Source of the DNA: an uncultured delta proteobacterium
Lineage (GTDB): Bacteria; Myxococcota_A; Polyangia; Polyangiales; Polyangiaceae
NCBI GenBank assembly: GCA_963841435.1
Contig: CAWJCS010000005.1
Coordinates: forward strand, 1,510,708-1,574,707
DNA: 64,000 bases
Reading direction: 5' to 3'
Shown here: positions 52,188 to 64,000 of the stretch, in pieces
Layout: each line of letters begins with the position of its first letter
How positions within the stretch are numbered: position 1 is the first letter of the stretch
Made by a program: the position numbers and the translations under genes
Notes under the pieces: model-generated
The model's input: only the letters and a program-made list of their open reading frames with translations
What the model was told of the DNA's origin: nothing
Databases searched by the model: none

Positions 52188-54569
52188 CTAGTGGGGCACG
52201 ACGGCGGTCCGCACGGCGGCGGCTTGCCCGTCCGTCGTGAAGGTCGCGCCGCCCCCACGGTCCAGGCGCAAGGCGGCGACACCGTGCCTGGCGAGGCGCT
52301 CGAGCACGGGCGCGTGCGGGTGCCCGAATCGATTGCGGACGCCTGATGAAATGGTCGCCCACGTAGGGCGAACCGCGGCGAGCAGCGCATCGCTCGTGGA
52401 AGTGCGACTGCCGTGATGGCCCGCTTTGAGGAGATCGGCGCGGAGCGCACCGCCGTAGCGCGCCACGAGGTCGCTTTCCTCGGCGCGCTCGGCGTCACCC
52501 GTCAAGAGCAGCGCGCGCGCACCGAAGCGGACGTGCAAGACGAGCGAATTGTCGTTGGCGCCGCGCCCGGGCACGTACCCCGGGCATGGCGCGAGGAGCT
52601 CGATGGTGGCTCCCCCGGCGTGCCGCGGACGACCGCAGAGCTCCGCAGGCCGCCGCACGGGGATGCCGCGCTCGCGGGCCAGCGCGAGCAGAGCCGCGTA
52701 GTCGGGACCCGCACCCTCGCGCTCGCCCTGCCCGCTGTCCCAGAGCTCGCCGACCGATACGCGCCGTAGCACCGACGCTAGCCCGCCGAAGTGGTCGGGG
52801 TGCGGATGCGTGAGCACGACGACGTCGAGGCGCGTCCGGCGTTCGGCGCGCAAGACGGGAAGCACCACGGCGGCACCGGTATCCACCGGGTTTCCCACCA
52901 TGCCGCCCCCGTCGATGAGCCAGGCACTGCCGTCGGGCAGCTCGAGCAAGTTCGCATCGCCCTGGCCGACGTCGAGCGCGCTGAAGCGCACGACACCGCG
53001 TGGCATCCCCTGGGAGCGCACCGCGAGCTCGACCAAAAAGAGCGCCACGGTGAGCACGCTGAACCAGAGGCGCCGATGGGCGCGCGAGCGCCCACCGCCC
53101 GCGGAGAGCAGAACACCCGCGCCGCCCACCGCGAGGAGCGCGAGGTGAAACCCCGTCGGCTCGGGAACGCCGAACGCGAGCCACGTGGTCGCGGCGCTTT
53201 CCCAGGCGATGCGCTTCACGACGAGGAGCGCGCCCGAAGCCACGAGCGCAACACCGCGTTCGAGCTGAGGAAATGGGGCGAGAAGCACGTGCCCGAGGCA
53301 GAGCGGCAGCGCGATCGTCTCGCCGAACGGAGCCGCGAGCACGTTGGCGAGCACACCCGCGAACGTGAGCTCCGGGGCGAGCAGCGCGAGCAGCGGCGCG
53401 CACGGCAGCATCGACGAAAGCGTCGCCCCCACGCTCGCGCCGACGAAGCGCCCGACGCGCGAGGGAATGCGCTTCGCGTGGCGAGCGAGCACGGGGCCCA
53501 CGACGAGCAGCCCGGACGTTGCCGCGGCCGACAGCAGGAACGAAATGTCGAAGGCGACGAGCGGATCGCGCGCGACGCCCACGACGAGCGAGATCGCCAG
53601 GGTGCGCGTGGGCCGCGGTGCGCGGCCGAGCGCGCGCGTGAGGAACGCCGCCGACAACATGAACGCGGCACGCCACGCCGAGCCACTTCCCCCGGCAAAA
53701 TCGGCGTAGACGAGCGCGAGCGGCACACCGAGCAGGCTCGCGAGGCGTGCGACCTCGAAGCGTACCGCGAGCGCTTCGACGCGCACGAGCAACGCACCGA
53801 GCGCGCTCACGAGCGCCGCCACGGCGAACACCAGGTGCGTCCCGCTCACGGCAAGCATGTGCGAAAGGCCGCTCCGGCGAAACGCGGCGTCGTCCTCGGG
53901 GTCGAGATCGTTTTCTCCGAGCACGAGCGCGCGAGCCATCGGCTCCGCGTCGCGCACGAACGTCGCCGTGATCCGGGCACGGGCGCGAGCGCGGACGCGG
54001 TCAACGAGCGACGCGACGGCCCACCCCCGTTGGGTCACGTCACACGCCAGGATGGCGCCGCTCAGCGTGACACCGCGACGCGCCGCGCCCGGGAGCGGAT
54101 CACGCAGCGTGGCGTTGCGGAAGAGCTGGAGCGGCGCAAGCTGCGCCACGACGTCGATGCGGTCGCCGCGGGCAAGGCCGTCGGGCGCGCCGAACCCGCG
54201 CACCGTGACGGGCCCTTCGATGCTCCCGGCCTCGCAGTCGAGGCGCTCGAAGACGGCCACGAACGCGAGCGCGTCGCCCGAACGCGCCGGTGAGCCCGTG
54301 ACGACACCGCTCCCCGCACAGCGGGAAGGCGCCCCGAGCGCGTCTCGCACGCGCACGCGCTCCGCTTCGAAAGCCGCGAGGGAATGTCCGGCACGGAGCG
54401 ACGAGAGCTCGACGAGCAGGAGAGCACCGACGAGCACCGGCCGGCTTACCCGCCGCACCAGGAGCGCCCCGAGCGCAAGCACCGCGCACCACGCCGGAGC
54501 CGGCGCCACCGCGGCCGCCTGCCCCAGAACGAGGGCACAGGACCCAACGAGCACGGCGTCCAGACGCAC
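52188..54569 (-). CDS. comEC: DNA internalisation-related competence protein ComEC/Rec2
   Basis: 793-aa ORF. It has an N-terminal OB-like region, a polytopic competence domain (...LSHMLAVSGTHL...), and a C-terminal metallo-beta-lactamase domain (FSALDVGQGDA...VVLTHPHPDHFGGL...KAGHHGS). Confidence 0.9.
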   Translation of the reverse strand: MRLDAVLVGSCALVLGQAAAVAPAPAWCAVLALGALLVRRVSRPVLVGALLLVELSSLRAGHSLAAFEAERVRVRDALGAPSRCAGSGVVTGSPARSGDALAFVAVFERLDCEAGSIEGPVTVRGFGAPDGLARGDRIDVVAQLAPLQLFRNATLRDPLPGAARRGVTLSGAILACDVTQRGWAVASLVDRVRARARARITATFVRDAEPMARALVLGENDLDPEDDAAFRRSGLSHMLAVSGTHLVFAVAALVSALGALLVRVEALAVRFEVARLASLLGVPLALVYADFAGGSGSAWRAAFMLSAAFLTRALGRAPRPTRTLAISLVVGVARDPLVAFDISFLLSAAATSGLLVVGPVLARHAKRIPSRVGRFVGASVGATLSSMLPCAPLLALLAPELTFAGVLANVLAAPFGETIALPLCLGHVLLAPFPQLERGVALVASGALLVVKRIAWESAATTWLAFGVPEPTGFHLALLAVGGAGVLLSAGGGRSRAHRRLWFSVLTVALFLVELAVRSQGMPRGVVRFSALDVGQGDANLLELPDGSAWLIDGGGMVGNPVDTGAAVVLPVLRAERRTRLDVVVLTHPHPDHFGGLASVLRRVSVGELWDSGQGEREGAGPDYAALLALARERGIPVRRPAELCGRPRHAGGATIELLAPCPGYVPGRGANDNSLVLHVRFGARALLLTGDAERAEESDLVARYGGALRADLLKAGHHGSRTSTSDALLAAVRPTWATISSGVRNRFGHPHAPVLERLARHGVAALRLDRGGGATFTTDGQAAAVRTAVVPH

Positions 54570-54785
54570 ACGAGCGCCGGAGCACGACGTGTGCCGAGCT
54601 GCACGGCCGCGGAGGGCGCGTCACCCGGGCGGGCCGAGCGGCAGGCGGCCGCCCGGCGCCGCGCGCGGCCGCCAGGGGCGCCTCCGCCCGGACGCGAGGT
54701 GCCGCCACGAGGGCGCTCGAGTCGCCGCGCCCCGAGGCCCGGTCAGCGCGACGGCAACTTGCCCGCGCGCGGCATCGAAGTCAGC

Positions 54786-55442
54786 TCAAGGGCCGGCGTC
54801 GCAGAGGGCCGTGCACTCTTCGGCATTGGTGCCGTAGGTGCACTCGCAGTACGAGCAGTTCGAGTCGCAGCCGCTGCAAGCGCCCGTGTTCTCGTTGCAC
54901 TGATTGCCCGGGTTCTGCTCGAGGTCGCCCGAGCACGCGGCGTAGGCAGTGAGCTCCGTCTCGCACTGGGCCAGGAGCTCGTCGGTATTGAGGTCCGGCT
55001 CGACGTTGCCAGCGCAGAGCTGGCTCAAGAAGTCCTGGTAGGTCGGGCTGTGGAGGAAGCAGCGAAGCGCCGCCGCGAACTCCTCCGCGCAAATGTCGTA
55101 CTGGGCGAACGCATCCTCACAGGCGCCAGGGCAGGCCGCGATGTCGGCTGCCGTCGCCACGGCCTGGCACGAGCCGCTCGCCACGATGTTGCAAAGCTCC
55201 GTGCAGACCGCCGCCGTCGCGCCGCCTGGCGTCTGGTAGGTCGGCGGTGGATTGTCGTAGGTGGGCGGGGGCGCCTGATAACCGCCGCCGCTCGGCGGCT
55301 GGTAGCTGCCGCCCGGTGTCACGGTGTCGTCGGTCGCGCCGGGAGATTCCTGCGCGGCGTCACCCTGGGCTTTGCCCCCGCAGCCACCAGCACCGACGCC
55401 TGCTCCGACGACCATCAGAGCGGCCATTGCAAGACGGGTCAT
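54786..55442 (-). CDS. Cys-rich lipoprotein with Pro/Tyr/Gln-rich linker
   Basis: 218-aa ORF with signal MTRLAMAALMVVGAGVGAGGCGG. The linker is GGSYQPPSGGGYQAPPPTYDNPPPTYQTPGG, and the C-terminal ~140 aa holds about 18 Cys. Confidence 0.7.
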   Translation of the reverse strand: MTRLAMAALMVVGAGVGAGGCGGKAQGDAAQESPGATDDTVTPGGSYQPPSGGGYQAPPPTYDNPPPTYQTPGGATAAVCTELCNIVASGSCQAVATAADIAACPGACEDAFAQYDICAEEFAAALRCFLHSPTYQDFLSQLCAGNVEPDLNTDELLAQCETELTAYAACSGDLEQNPGNQCNENTGACSGCDSNCSYCECTYGTNAEECTALCDAGP

Positions 55443-55532
55443 GAAGCCTCCTATCGAAAGGGAACCAGTGAGTCTGACACGTCACGGGGCGGCCAGCCCG
55501 AAGCCGAGCCGCCGCCCCGCGCATGAGGACCG

Positions 55533-56351
55533 TCAGAAGTAGTAGAAGGCCGCGATCCCGTTCGTGAAGATCGCCCAGGGGTTCGTGCCGGCGCTCGTCT
55601 GGAAGGCCGTGCGGCTGGATTTGTAATCGATGTCGGCTGCCGGAGCGGCGGGCGTGCTGTCGGTCGTCGTGCCCTTGTCGAGCGCGAAGCCGAGGCCGAC
55701 CGAGCCCTGCAGCGACAGCTGCGGGAGACCCATGAAGCCGAAGTGGATCTCGGCGCCCGCGCGCGCGCCGATGTCGAGGTGGAAGCCGCCGTGCGAGAGG
55801 TCACCCTCGGTGGCGGAGCCGTTCGGGTCCTGGCCGAGGCTGGCGAAGCCGATGTTCGCCTCGGGCGTCAGTTGCCAGGAGAAGTGACCCGTGTTGGCGA
55901 GCGCCAGGGGAACGCCCGCGTGGATGGTGAGACCGAAGAACGAGTCGCGATCCGCCCGGAGAGCCGCCGCAGGGGGCGTTTCCGTGCTGACGCTGCCGCC
56001 AATCACGGCGAGGCCGAGGCCGACGTTGAGGCCGATCATCGAATCGAGCCAGTAGCGAACCCCCACGACGGGTGCCGCACCCGTGAAGACGTACGGGGTC
56101 GTGTTCGCGCCGGGGCCGCCAGCGGGGATGTTCGCGCCAGCACCTGACTCGCTGATGCCGAAGTACCCGACGGCGAGCCGACCCACCATCTGGTCGTGGT
56201 CGCTGCTCGCCGATGTGGCTGCCGCGGGAGCTGCTCCGGGAAGGGAAACGCCGACGTTGCCAGAGCCGCTGGCGGCCGCGTCCTGAGCGAAGGCCCCGGT
56301 CGTCGCGGTCATCACCGCCAAGGTTGCTGCGCCAAAGATCGTGTTTCGCAT
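55533..56351 (-). CDS. outer-membrane beta-barrel protein
   Basis: 272-aa ORF. GGAGGA lies 6 nt upstream of the ATG (plus-strand tcctcc 56357-56362). The signal peptide is ...ATTGAFAQD. The body has an alternating amphipathic beta-strand pattern and ends in the aromatic terminus ...IAAFYYF. Confidence 0.8.
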   Translation of the reverse strand: MRNTIFGAATLAVMTATTGAFAQDAAASGSGNVGVSLPGAAPAAATSASSDHDQMVGRLAVGYFGISESGAGANIPAGGPGANTTPYVFTGAAPVVGVRYWLDSMIGLNVGLGLAVIGGSVSTETPPAAALRADRDSFFGLTIHAGVPLALANTGHFSWQLTPEANIGFASLGQDPNGSATEGDLSHGGFHLDIGARAGAEIHFGFMGLPQLSLQGSVGLGFALDKGTTTDSTPAAPAADIDYKSSRTAFQTSAGTNPWAIFTNGIAAFYYF

Positions 56352-56544
56352 AGATTTCCTCCGATTTTCGGACGTTCATCGGCGACCCCGCGCGGGCCGC
56401 CCGTCTTAGAATGACGACCATGCTCCTCCGACTGCCCCGTGAAGGTCAACTCGAGCGCAACGCGGCGCGTCATCCACTCGCGGCTCTGAGGCTTACCTGA
56501 CGAAAGCACGAGAGAAATCGTCAGCCTCGAAGCTTCGCGCGGAC

Positions 56545-57306
56545 TTGCTCGTTCTCGAGCGAGGCCTCGCGGAGACGCGCGCCAAGGCCCAGGCGCTCAT
56601 TCTCGCGGGGCGGATCCTGACGGGCACGCGACGGGTGGACAAGAGCGGCGAGCTCCTGGCGCGGGACGCCCCGCTCGAGCTCAAGGCGGGCGCGCGCTAC
56701 GTCTCCCGTGGCGGTGACAAGCTCGAGGGAGCCCTGGTTGCGCTGAAGGTCAATGTTTTGGGCGCGCTGTGCGCCGACGTCGGCGCCTCGACCGGCGGCT
56801 TCACCGACTGTCTGCTCCAGCACGGCGCTGCGCGCGTGCTTGCGATCGACGTGGGCCACGGTCAGCTCGCGGCGTCGCTCCGCGGCGACCCGCGCGTCGT
56901 CGTGCTCGAGCGAACCAACGCGCGCACGCTCACGGCCGAGGCGCTCGGCGGCCCGGTTGACCTCGCCGTCGTCGATGTTTCGTTCATCGGCCTCGCCAAG
57001 CTGATGCCCGCGCTCCGCTCGATTCTGCGCCCGGGCGGGCGTCTGCTCGCGCTCGTGAAACCCCAGTTCGAGGCGGGCCGCGCCGAGGTGTCACGCGGCC
57101 GCGGGGTGATCCGAGACGAAGCCGTTCGCGAGCGCGCCATCGACGACGTTCGCACGACGCTGCGCGCGGCGGGCTTCGAGCTGCTCGCCGAGGCCGACTC
57201 CGAGCTCAGGGGGCCGAAGGGAAACCTCGAGCGCTTCGTGCTCGCGCGCCTGGCGGCACCCTCCGAGAGCGTCGCCGCTCAGCCCAAAAAGACCCAGACA
57301 TCGTAG
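56545..57306 (+). CDS. tlyA: TlyA-family rRNA 2'-O-methyltransferase (N-terminus uncertain)
   Basis: LVLERGLAETRAKAQALILAGRI (S4-like) ...YVSRGG.KLEGAL........DVGASTGGFTDCLLQHGA..V.A.DVG..QL......D.R......N.R...... The ORF starts at TTG 56545, but the conserved KLRADLL part of the S4 domain is encoded in frame just upstream. Confidence 0.85.
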   Translation: MLVLERGLAETRAKAQALILAGRILTGTRRVDKSGELLARDAPLELKAGARYVSRGGDKLEGALVALKVNVLGALCADVGASTGGFTDCLLQHGAARVLAIDVGHGQLAASLRGDPRVVVLERTNARTLTAEALGGPVDLAVVDVSFIGLAKLMPALRSILRPGGRLLALVKPQFEAGRAEVSRGRGVIRDEAVRERAIDDVRTTLRAAGFELLAEADSELRGPKGNLERFVLARLAAPSESVAAQPKKTQTS

Positions 57307-57989
57307 AGACTGTGCGTCCACACGGCGGGCGCGAAGCCCCGGAAGGCGTAGATGACGGTGAAGACGAGCCCGCAAACCCAGCGGAAGACGAAGCTTCTGA
57401 GCTCGAACGGCTCACCGAGCGCGCCGACGTAGTGCCAGACGCTGAACGCTCCCGCCGCGAGCAGCGCCCAGACGAACGACAGAAGCCGCGCGCGCCCGAG
57501 CGGAATCGGCTCGGCGAACAACCTGAGCACCTTTGCTCCGAGACCGAAGAGGATGACTCGGAAGGCAATCTCCTCGTAGAAGCCGGCACCGAGCGACAGC
57601 ACGACGGCGCCGAAGGTGCCGCCCGGCTCGCCGCCACCCTGCAAACGGAGCCGGCCGACGACGTACGCCGCCGCCATCCGCATGGCGACCGCGTACGCGA
57701 TGCCTTCGAGCAGCACCCACACGAAGCGCTGAAAGTGGAGCTCGCGCTCGCGCCCCATCACGGAAAGCACCCCGACGAACACCGCACCGATGGCGAGCGT
57801 GAGACCCGCGTAACCGGCGAGGTTGTTCTCGGCGAGCGCCACGAGCTCCCGCGTCACGACATCCGCCGCGTTCTGCACGGGCAAGAACACGACACCGAGG
57901 TGGTAGGCGAGAAAGAGGGGCAGCGTGAGCGCGAGATCCGACCACGGGTCGCTGCGGCCGAGGCGCGGAGGGCTTGGGGCTTCCGGCAT
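57279..57989 (-). CDS. CPBP-family (CAAX-type) intramembrane metalloprotease
   Basis: 236-aa polytopic ORF with the EEIAFRVILFG (EExxxR) and FSVWHY (FxxxH) motifs. Its 3' end overlaps tlyA convergently by 28 nt. Confidence 0.8.
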   Translation of the reverse strand: MPEAPSPPRLGRSDPWSDLALTLPLFLAYHLGVVFLPVQNAADVVTRELVALAENNLAGYAGLTLAIGAVFVGVLSVMGRERELHFQRFVWVLLEGIAYAVAMRMAAAYVVGRLRLQGGGEPGGTFGAVVLSLGAGFYEEIAFRVILFGLGAKVLRLFAEPIPLGRARLLSFVWALLAAGAFSVWHYVGALGEPFELRSFVFRWVCGLVFTVIYAFRGFAPAVWTHSLYDVWVFLG

Positions 57990-58005
57990 GCCGAAACCGG
58001 ATCGC

Positions 58006-58944
58006 TCAGGTCGGTCTCAGGTTGTAGACGACCCACATCACCAGCACGACCCAGCCGAGCACGATCGCCACGAACGGCCCGTCGCGAAGCATTTCTTGGG
58101 TGGGGCTCTCGGCGTGAGGCCTGTGCCGCACGATGTGAAGGAACCTGAACACCCCGAGCACGACGAAGACCGTGCTGAGCCACAGCCAGTCGGTGCGGAA
58201 TAGCGCTCGCGTGTGCGAATCGAGCGTGTAGGCAAGGTAGGTCGCCACGGTCGCGAGAGCCGTCACGGAGAGCGCAACGTCGAGGCCACGCGCCGTGTAG
58301 TGCTCGAGCGCCTGGCGCTGGGCACCGGCATTCGACATGGCCGACGAGAGCTCCTGGCGCCGCTTGCCGAACCCCAGGAACAGCGCCAGAAGCGCCGTGC
58401 AGCCGAGCAGGTACCCCGAGACGGGAATCCGGGTCGCATAGCCGCCGGCCATGACGCGCAAAACGAAGCCCGCGGCGATGAAGCTCACGTCGAGGTACGC
58501 GACGTGCTTGAGCCGGAGCGAATACCAGACGTTCTGCCCGAAGTAGACGGCCGCGACGATCGCGAACGCGACGCCCACCGTGAGCGCCCACGTGAGCGAG
58601 ATCACGATGAGAACGCCGACCATCACCCACGCCCAGGCGATGGGCACTCGCCCGGACGCGATCGGCCGAGCACGCTTGAGCGGATGGGCCCGGTCGGCTT
58701 CCCGATCCAGGATGTCGTTCAGGGTGTAGACGGCGCCGGCGAGCAGGCAGAAGATCAGGAACGCCGAGGCCGCGCGCCAGAGCAGGAACGGCGCGAAGAC
58801 CTCCCTCGCGAACACCACGGGCGCGAGCACGAAGACGTTCTTCACCCACTGGTGCGGGCGGACCGTGAGCACCATGCCGCCCAGCCGGTTGGCGATCCCG
58901 TGCCGCACATCATCGGCTGGCTGACTCGGGAGCTCGGCTGGCAT
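58006..58944 (-). CDS. UbiA-family prenyltransferase, decaprenyl-phosphate phosphoribosyltransferase-like
   Basis: Met 31 of ORF 58006..59034. VRPHQWVKNVFVLAPVVFA...YTLNDILDREADRAHPLKRARPIASG carries the NDxxDxxxD motif, with 8-9 TM helices. Confidence 0.8.
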   Translation of the reverse strand: MPAELPSQPADDVRHGIANRLGGMVLTVRPHQWVKNVFVLAPVVFAREVFAPFLLWRAASAFLIFCLLAGAVYTLNDILDREADRAHPLKRARPIASGRVPIAWAWVMVGVLIVISLTWALTVGVAFAIVAAVYFGQNVWYSLRLKHVAYLDVSFIAAGFVLRVMAGGYATRIPVSGYLLGCTALLALFLGFGKRRQELSSAMSNAGAQRQALEHYTARGLDVALSVTALATVATYLAYTLDSHTRALFRTDWLWLSTVFVVLGVFRFLHIVRHRPHAESPTQEMLRDGPFVAIVLGWVVLVMWVVYNLRPT

Positions 58945-59038
58945 CGAGATTTCCCGGAAAGGTAGTGCCTCCCCCGCGCTCAAGCGAGCGAATTTTCGGG
59001 CGCGAGAGGGGCGCGAGCCCTCGGCGAAGATCACGTAA

Positions 59039-61916
<2,878 letters not shown>

Positions 61917-61920
<4 letters not shown>

Positions 61921-63161
61921 GCGCGGCGATCCTGACGACCGGGACCGAGCTCATGCGCGGCGAGCTCGTGAACGGGAACTCCGCGTGGCTCGCGGACGCG
62001 CTCAGCGAGCTCGGCTTCGAGGTTGCGGCCATCGACAGCGTCGGTGACGATGCCCCGAGCCTGCGCGCCGCGCTCGAGCGACTCGGCTGGTCACACGACG
62101 TGCTCGTGTGCACGGGCGGCCTCGGACCCACGACCGACGATCTTACGACGAAGATCGTGGCGGAGACGCTCGGCGTCCCGCTCGTGCGCGACGAGGCGTC
62201 GCTCGAGGTCATCCGCAAGCTGCTCGAGCGCGCGGGCCGCAGCATGGCGATATCCAACGCGAAGCAAGCCGATTTCCCTCGCGGCGCGACGATCCTGCCG
62301 AACGCGCGCGGCACGGCGCCGGGCTTCACCGTGCGACTCGGGAGCTCGCTCGCCTTCTTCTTGCCGGGCGTGCCGAGCGAGATGAAGGCCATGTTCGGAG
62401 CGTCGGTGACGCCGGCGCTCGTCACGCTGCCTCGCACACCTCAGCACCAGGTGCGCCTGCGCACCTATGGTCTGCCGGAGTCGACCATCAACGACCGCCT
62501 GAAGGGCATCGAAACCCAGACGGGCGTCGTCATCGGCTATCGCGCAACACTCCCCGAGATCGAGGTCAAGCTCCTCGCGCGCGGCGACGACGCCGAACGA
62601 CGCGCTCGCGCGGCGGCAAGCGAGGCGCGCGAGCGCCTCGGCGACGCGGTGTACGGCGAGGGACAGACGACGTTTGCGGCGGCGCTGCTCGAGCTCTTCG
62701 AAGCGCGCGCGAGCACGCTATCCCTCGCCGAATCGTGCACGGGCGGGCTCGTGGCCGAGCTCCTGACGGGCGTGCCCGGCGCGAGCCGCACGTTTTTGGG
62801 CGGCGTGGTCGCCTACGCCAATCAGGCAAAATCGGCGTTGCTCGGCGTGGATCCCGCGTTGCTCGCCACGCACGGCGCCGTGAGCGACGAGGTCGCCCGC
62901 GCTATGGCCGAAGGCGCGCGTACCCGTTTCGGCTCCGACCTCGCGCTCGGCGTCACCGGCATCGCGGGGCCCGACGGCGGGACGGCCGACAAGCCGGTGG
63001 GGCTCGTGTACATCGCCGTCGCGGGCGCTACCGGGACGCAGACGAAGGAGCTGCGCCTCGGGGGCGGCCGCGACGACGTGCGGCGCCGAGCGGCCTTCGC
63101 CGGCCTCGCGCTCCTACGCCGAGCGCTCTCGTCGCAGCTCGAGCCCGATCCGAAGCCGTGA
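61917..63161 (+). CDS. cinA: CinA-family competence/damage-inducible protein (MoCF-binding plus NMN deamidase domains)
   Basis: Met 188 of ORF 61356..63161, with ATGA overlap to the FGE-like gene. AAILTTGTELMRGELVNGNSAWLA...LVCTGGLGPTTDDLT...N.RGTAPGF...LAESCTGGL.A..LT..PG.S..F.GG.V.Y....K...LGV. Confidence 0.9.
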
Positions 63162-63189
63162 GGGCCCGCCCGGCGCCAGGCCGCCCCGC

Positions 63190-64000
63190 TCAGGGAAGCG
63201 GCATCGGGCTCGCGAAGTACTGCGTGACCGCGTCGCGAAACTGACCGCCGTCGGTCGTGATGTACGTCTGGTTGCCGGCGCCGACGCCGAAAACCGCCGC
63301 GAGACCTCCCGCATCGATGAGCTCATCGACATGATTGAACAGGTAATGGACGCGGTTGTCGCGGTAGTGGCCCGCCGTACCGCCGGGCGCATCGCTCGGC
63401 ACGCCGAACGGGATCTGCCACCAGATGATCGGCACCCCGAGCCCGTCGCTGAGCTCCTTCGACGCCGCGAGGTACTCGTGAAAATTCGGGCTCGTCTGAT
63501 TCGATTCGTCCCAGTACCAGGGTCCGTCGTCACGCTGGCAGTTCGGGTCGACGTGCTCTTCGAAGCACCCGGCGTCCCGGTCCAGAAGATCCATGCCGAT
63601 GAAGTCGGCATCACCAGCACCGACGCCGTTCAGGAACGAAACCATCTCCGAGCGAGGGCCGGCCCACAGCGACGCATGCAGGCCGAGCAATACTTTGGGC
63701 GCCATCATGCGACCCAGCCGGATCATGCACTTTCCGAGGCCGGCGAGGTCGTCGGTGAGGTCGTCGCATTCGCTCACGAGCGTGGTCACGTGGACGGGGA
63801 TGCTCGACGGATCGGCGTTGGCTTGCTGCTGTGCGAACGCCCAAAAATCGGGCTCGAAGTGGACGATGGCCGGTTTGTCGAACTCGGCGAGCCGCTCGTA
63901 GAGCAGCTCGAGCGTGTCCCAGTACTTTCCCATGAAGACGTCGTCGACGAGCGGATCGAGATTCGCCTCGCCGCGAGACGCCATCGTGTAGAGGTCGAAC
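63190..64000 (-). CDS. glycoside-hydrolase-like protein, partial (N-terminus beyond window end)
   Basis: ORF 63190..63984 stays open upstream to the window edge (...FDLYTMASRGE...). The motif order IVHFEPDFWAF...LGLHASLWAG...IIWWQIPFGVPSD is loosely reminiscent of GH6-type enzymes. The function is uncertain. Confidence 0.55.
   Translation of the reverse strand, partial: FDLYTMASRGEANLDPLVDDVFMGKYWDTLELLYERLAEFDKPAIVHFEPDFWAFAQQQANADPSSIPVHVTTLVSECDDLTDDLAGLGKCMIRLGRMMAPKVLLGLHASLWAGPRSEMVSFLNGVGAGDADFIGMDLLDRDAGCFEEHVDPNCQRDDGPWYWDESNQTSPNFHEYLAASKELSDGLGVPIIWWQIPFGVPSDAPGGTAGHYRDNRVHYLFNHVDELIDAGGLAAVFGVGAGNQTYITTDGGQFRDAVTQYFASPMPLP

Noticed and set aside
57279-57306. Convergent CDS overlaps (tlyA/CPBP by 28 nt; CBM-lipoprotein/small ORF by 7 nt at 22598-22604) as antisense regulatory features.
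   Set aside because: Short 3' overlaps are common in compact GC-rich genomes, and nothing in the sequence indicates function.

Overview
This is a very GC-rich bacterial chromosomal segment; third codon positions are almost all G/C. It is almost certainly from a myxobacterium (Myxococcota, Sorangiineae-like). Supporting signs are an unmistakable mglB-mglA gliding-motility polarity module, a eukaryote-like Ser/Thr kinase, at least a dozen lipoproteins with Gly/Ala/Ser-rich linkers, and recurrent HCGACN Cys modules. I call about 55 protein-coding genes. I saw no rRNA, tRNA, CRISPR array, IS element, integrase or prophage.

Content from left to right:
- An ATPase-less CUT1-type sugar ABC importer.
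- A surface-glycan neighbourhood: an arylsulfotransferase-like protein, a giant polytopic membrane protein, a PL1-type pectate-lyase-like lipoprotein, a GT4 glycosyltransferase, and two tandemly duplicated beta-helix lipoproteins.
- An HPF-cold-shock-domain fusion.
- A usp-thuA-sdr operon and an abm-adh pair.
- A kinase with a partner resembling a detached kinase ectodomain.
- mglB-mglA-recX.
- Two giant TPR/transglutaminase-like paralogs.
- A triple DsbA fusion, followed by an orphan SctQ/FliN-like SpoA protein, then yggS and rarA.
- Housekeeping genes: a CPA2 antiporter, hpt, comEC, tlyA, ligA and cinA.

The observations most worth follow-up are:
- The pair of one active-looking and one triad-less transglutaminase-like giant next to mglBA.
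- The orphan SctQ-like gene embedded in a housekeeping operon.
- recX translationally coupled to mglA.
- The HPF-CSD fusion.
- A 37-aa highly basic ORF with a strong ribosome-binding site.
- Five otherwise conserved genes that are each interrupted by a frameshift needing the same +1 correction. This is either a systematic indel error or real decay.

I found no convincing self-contained novel defence or mobile system. All functional calls are by-eye motif recognition, with no searches run.
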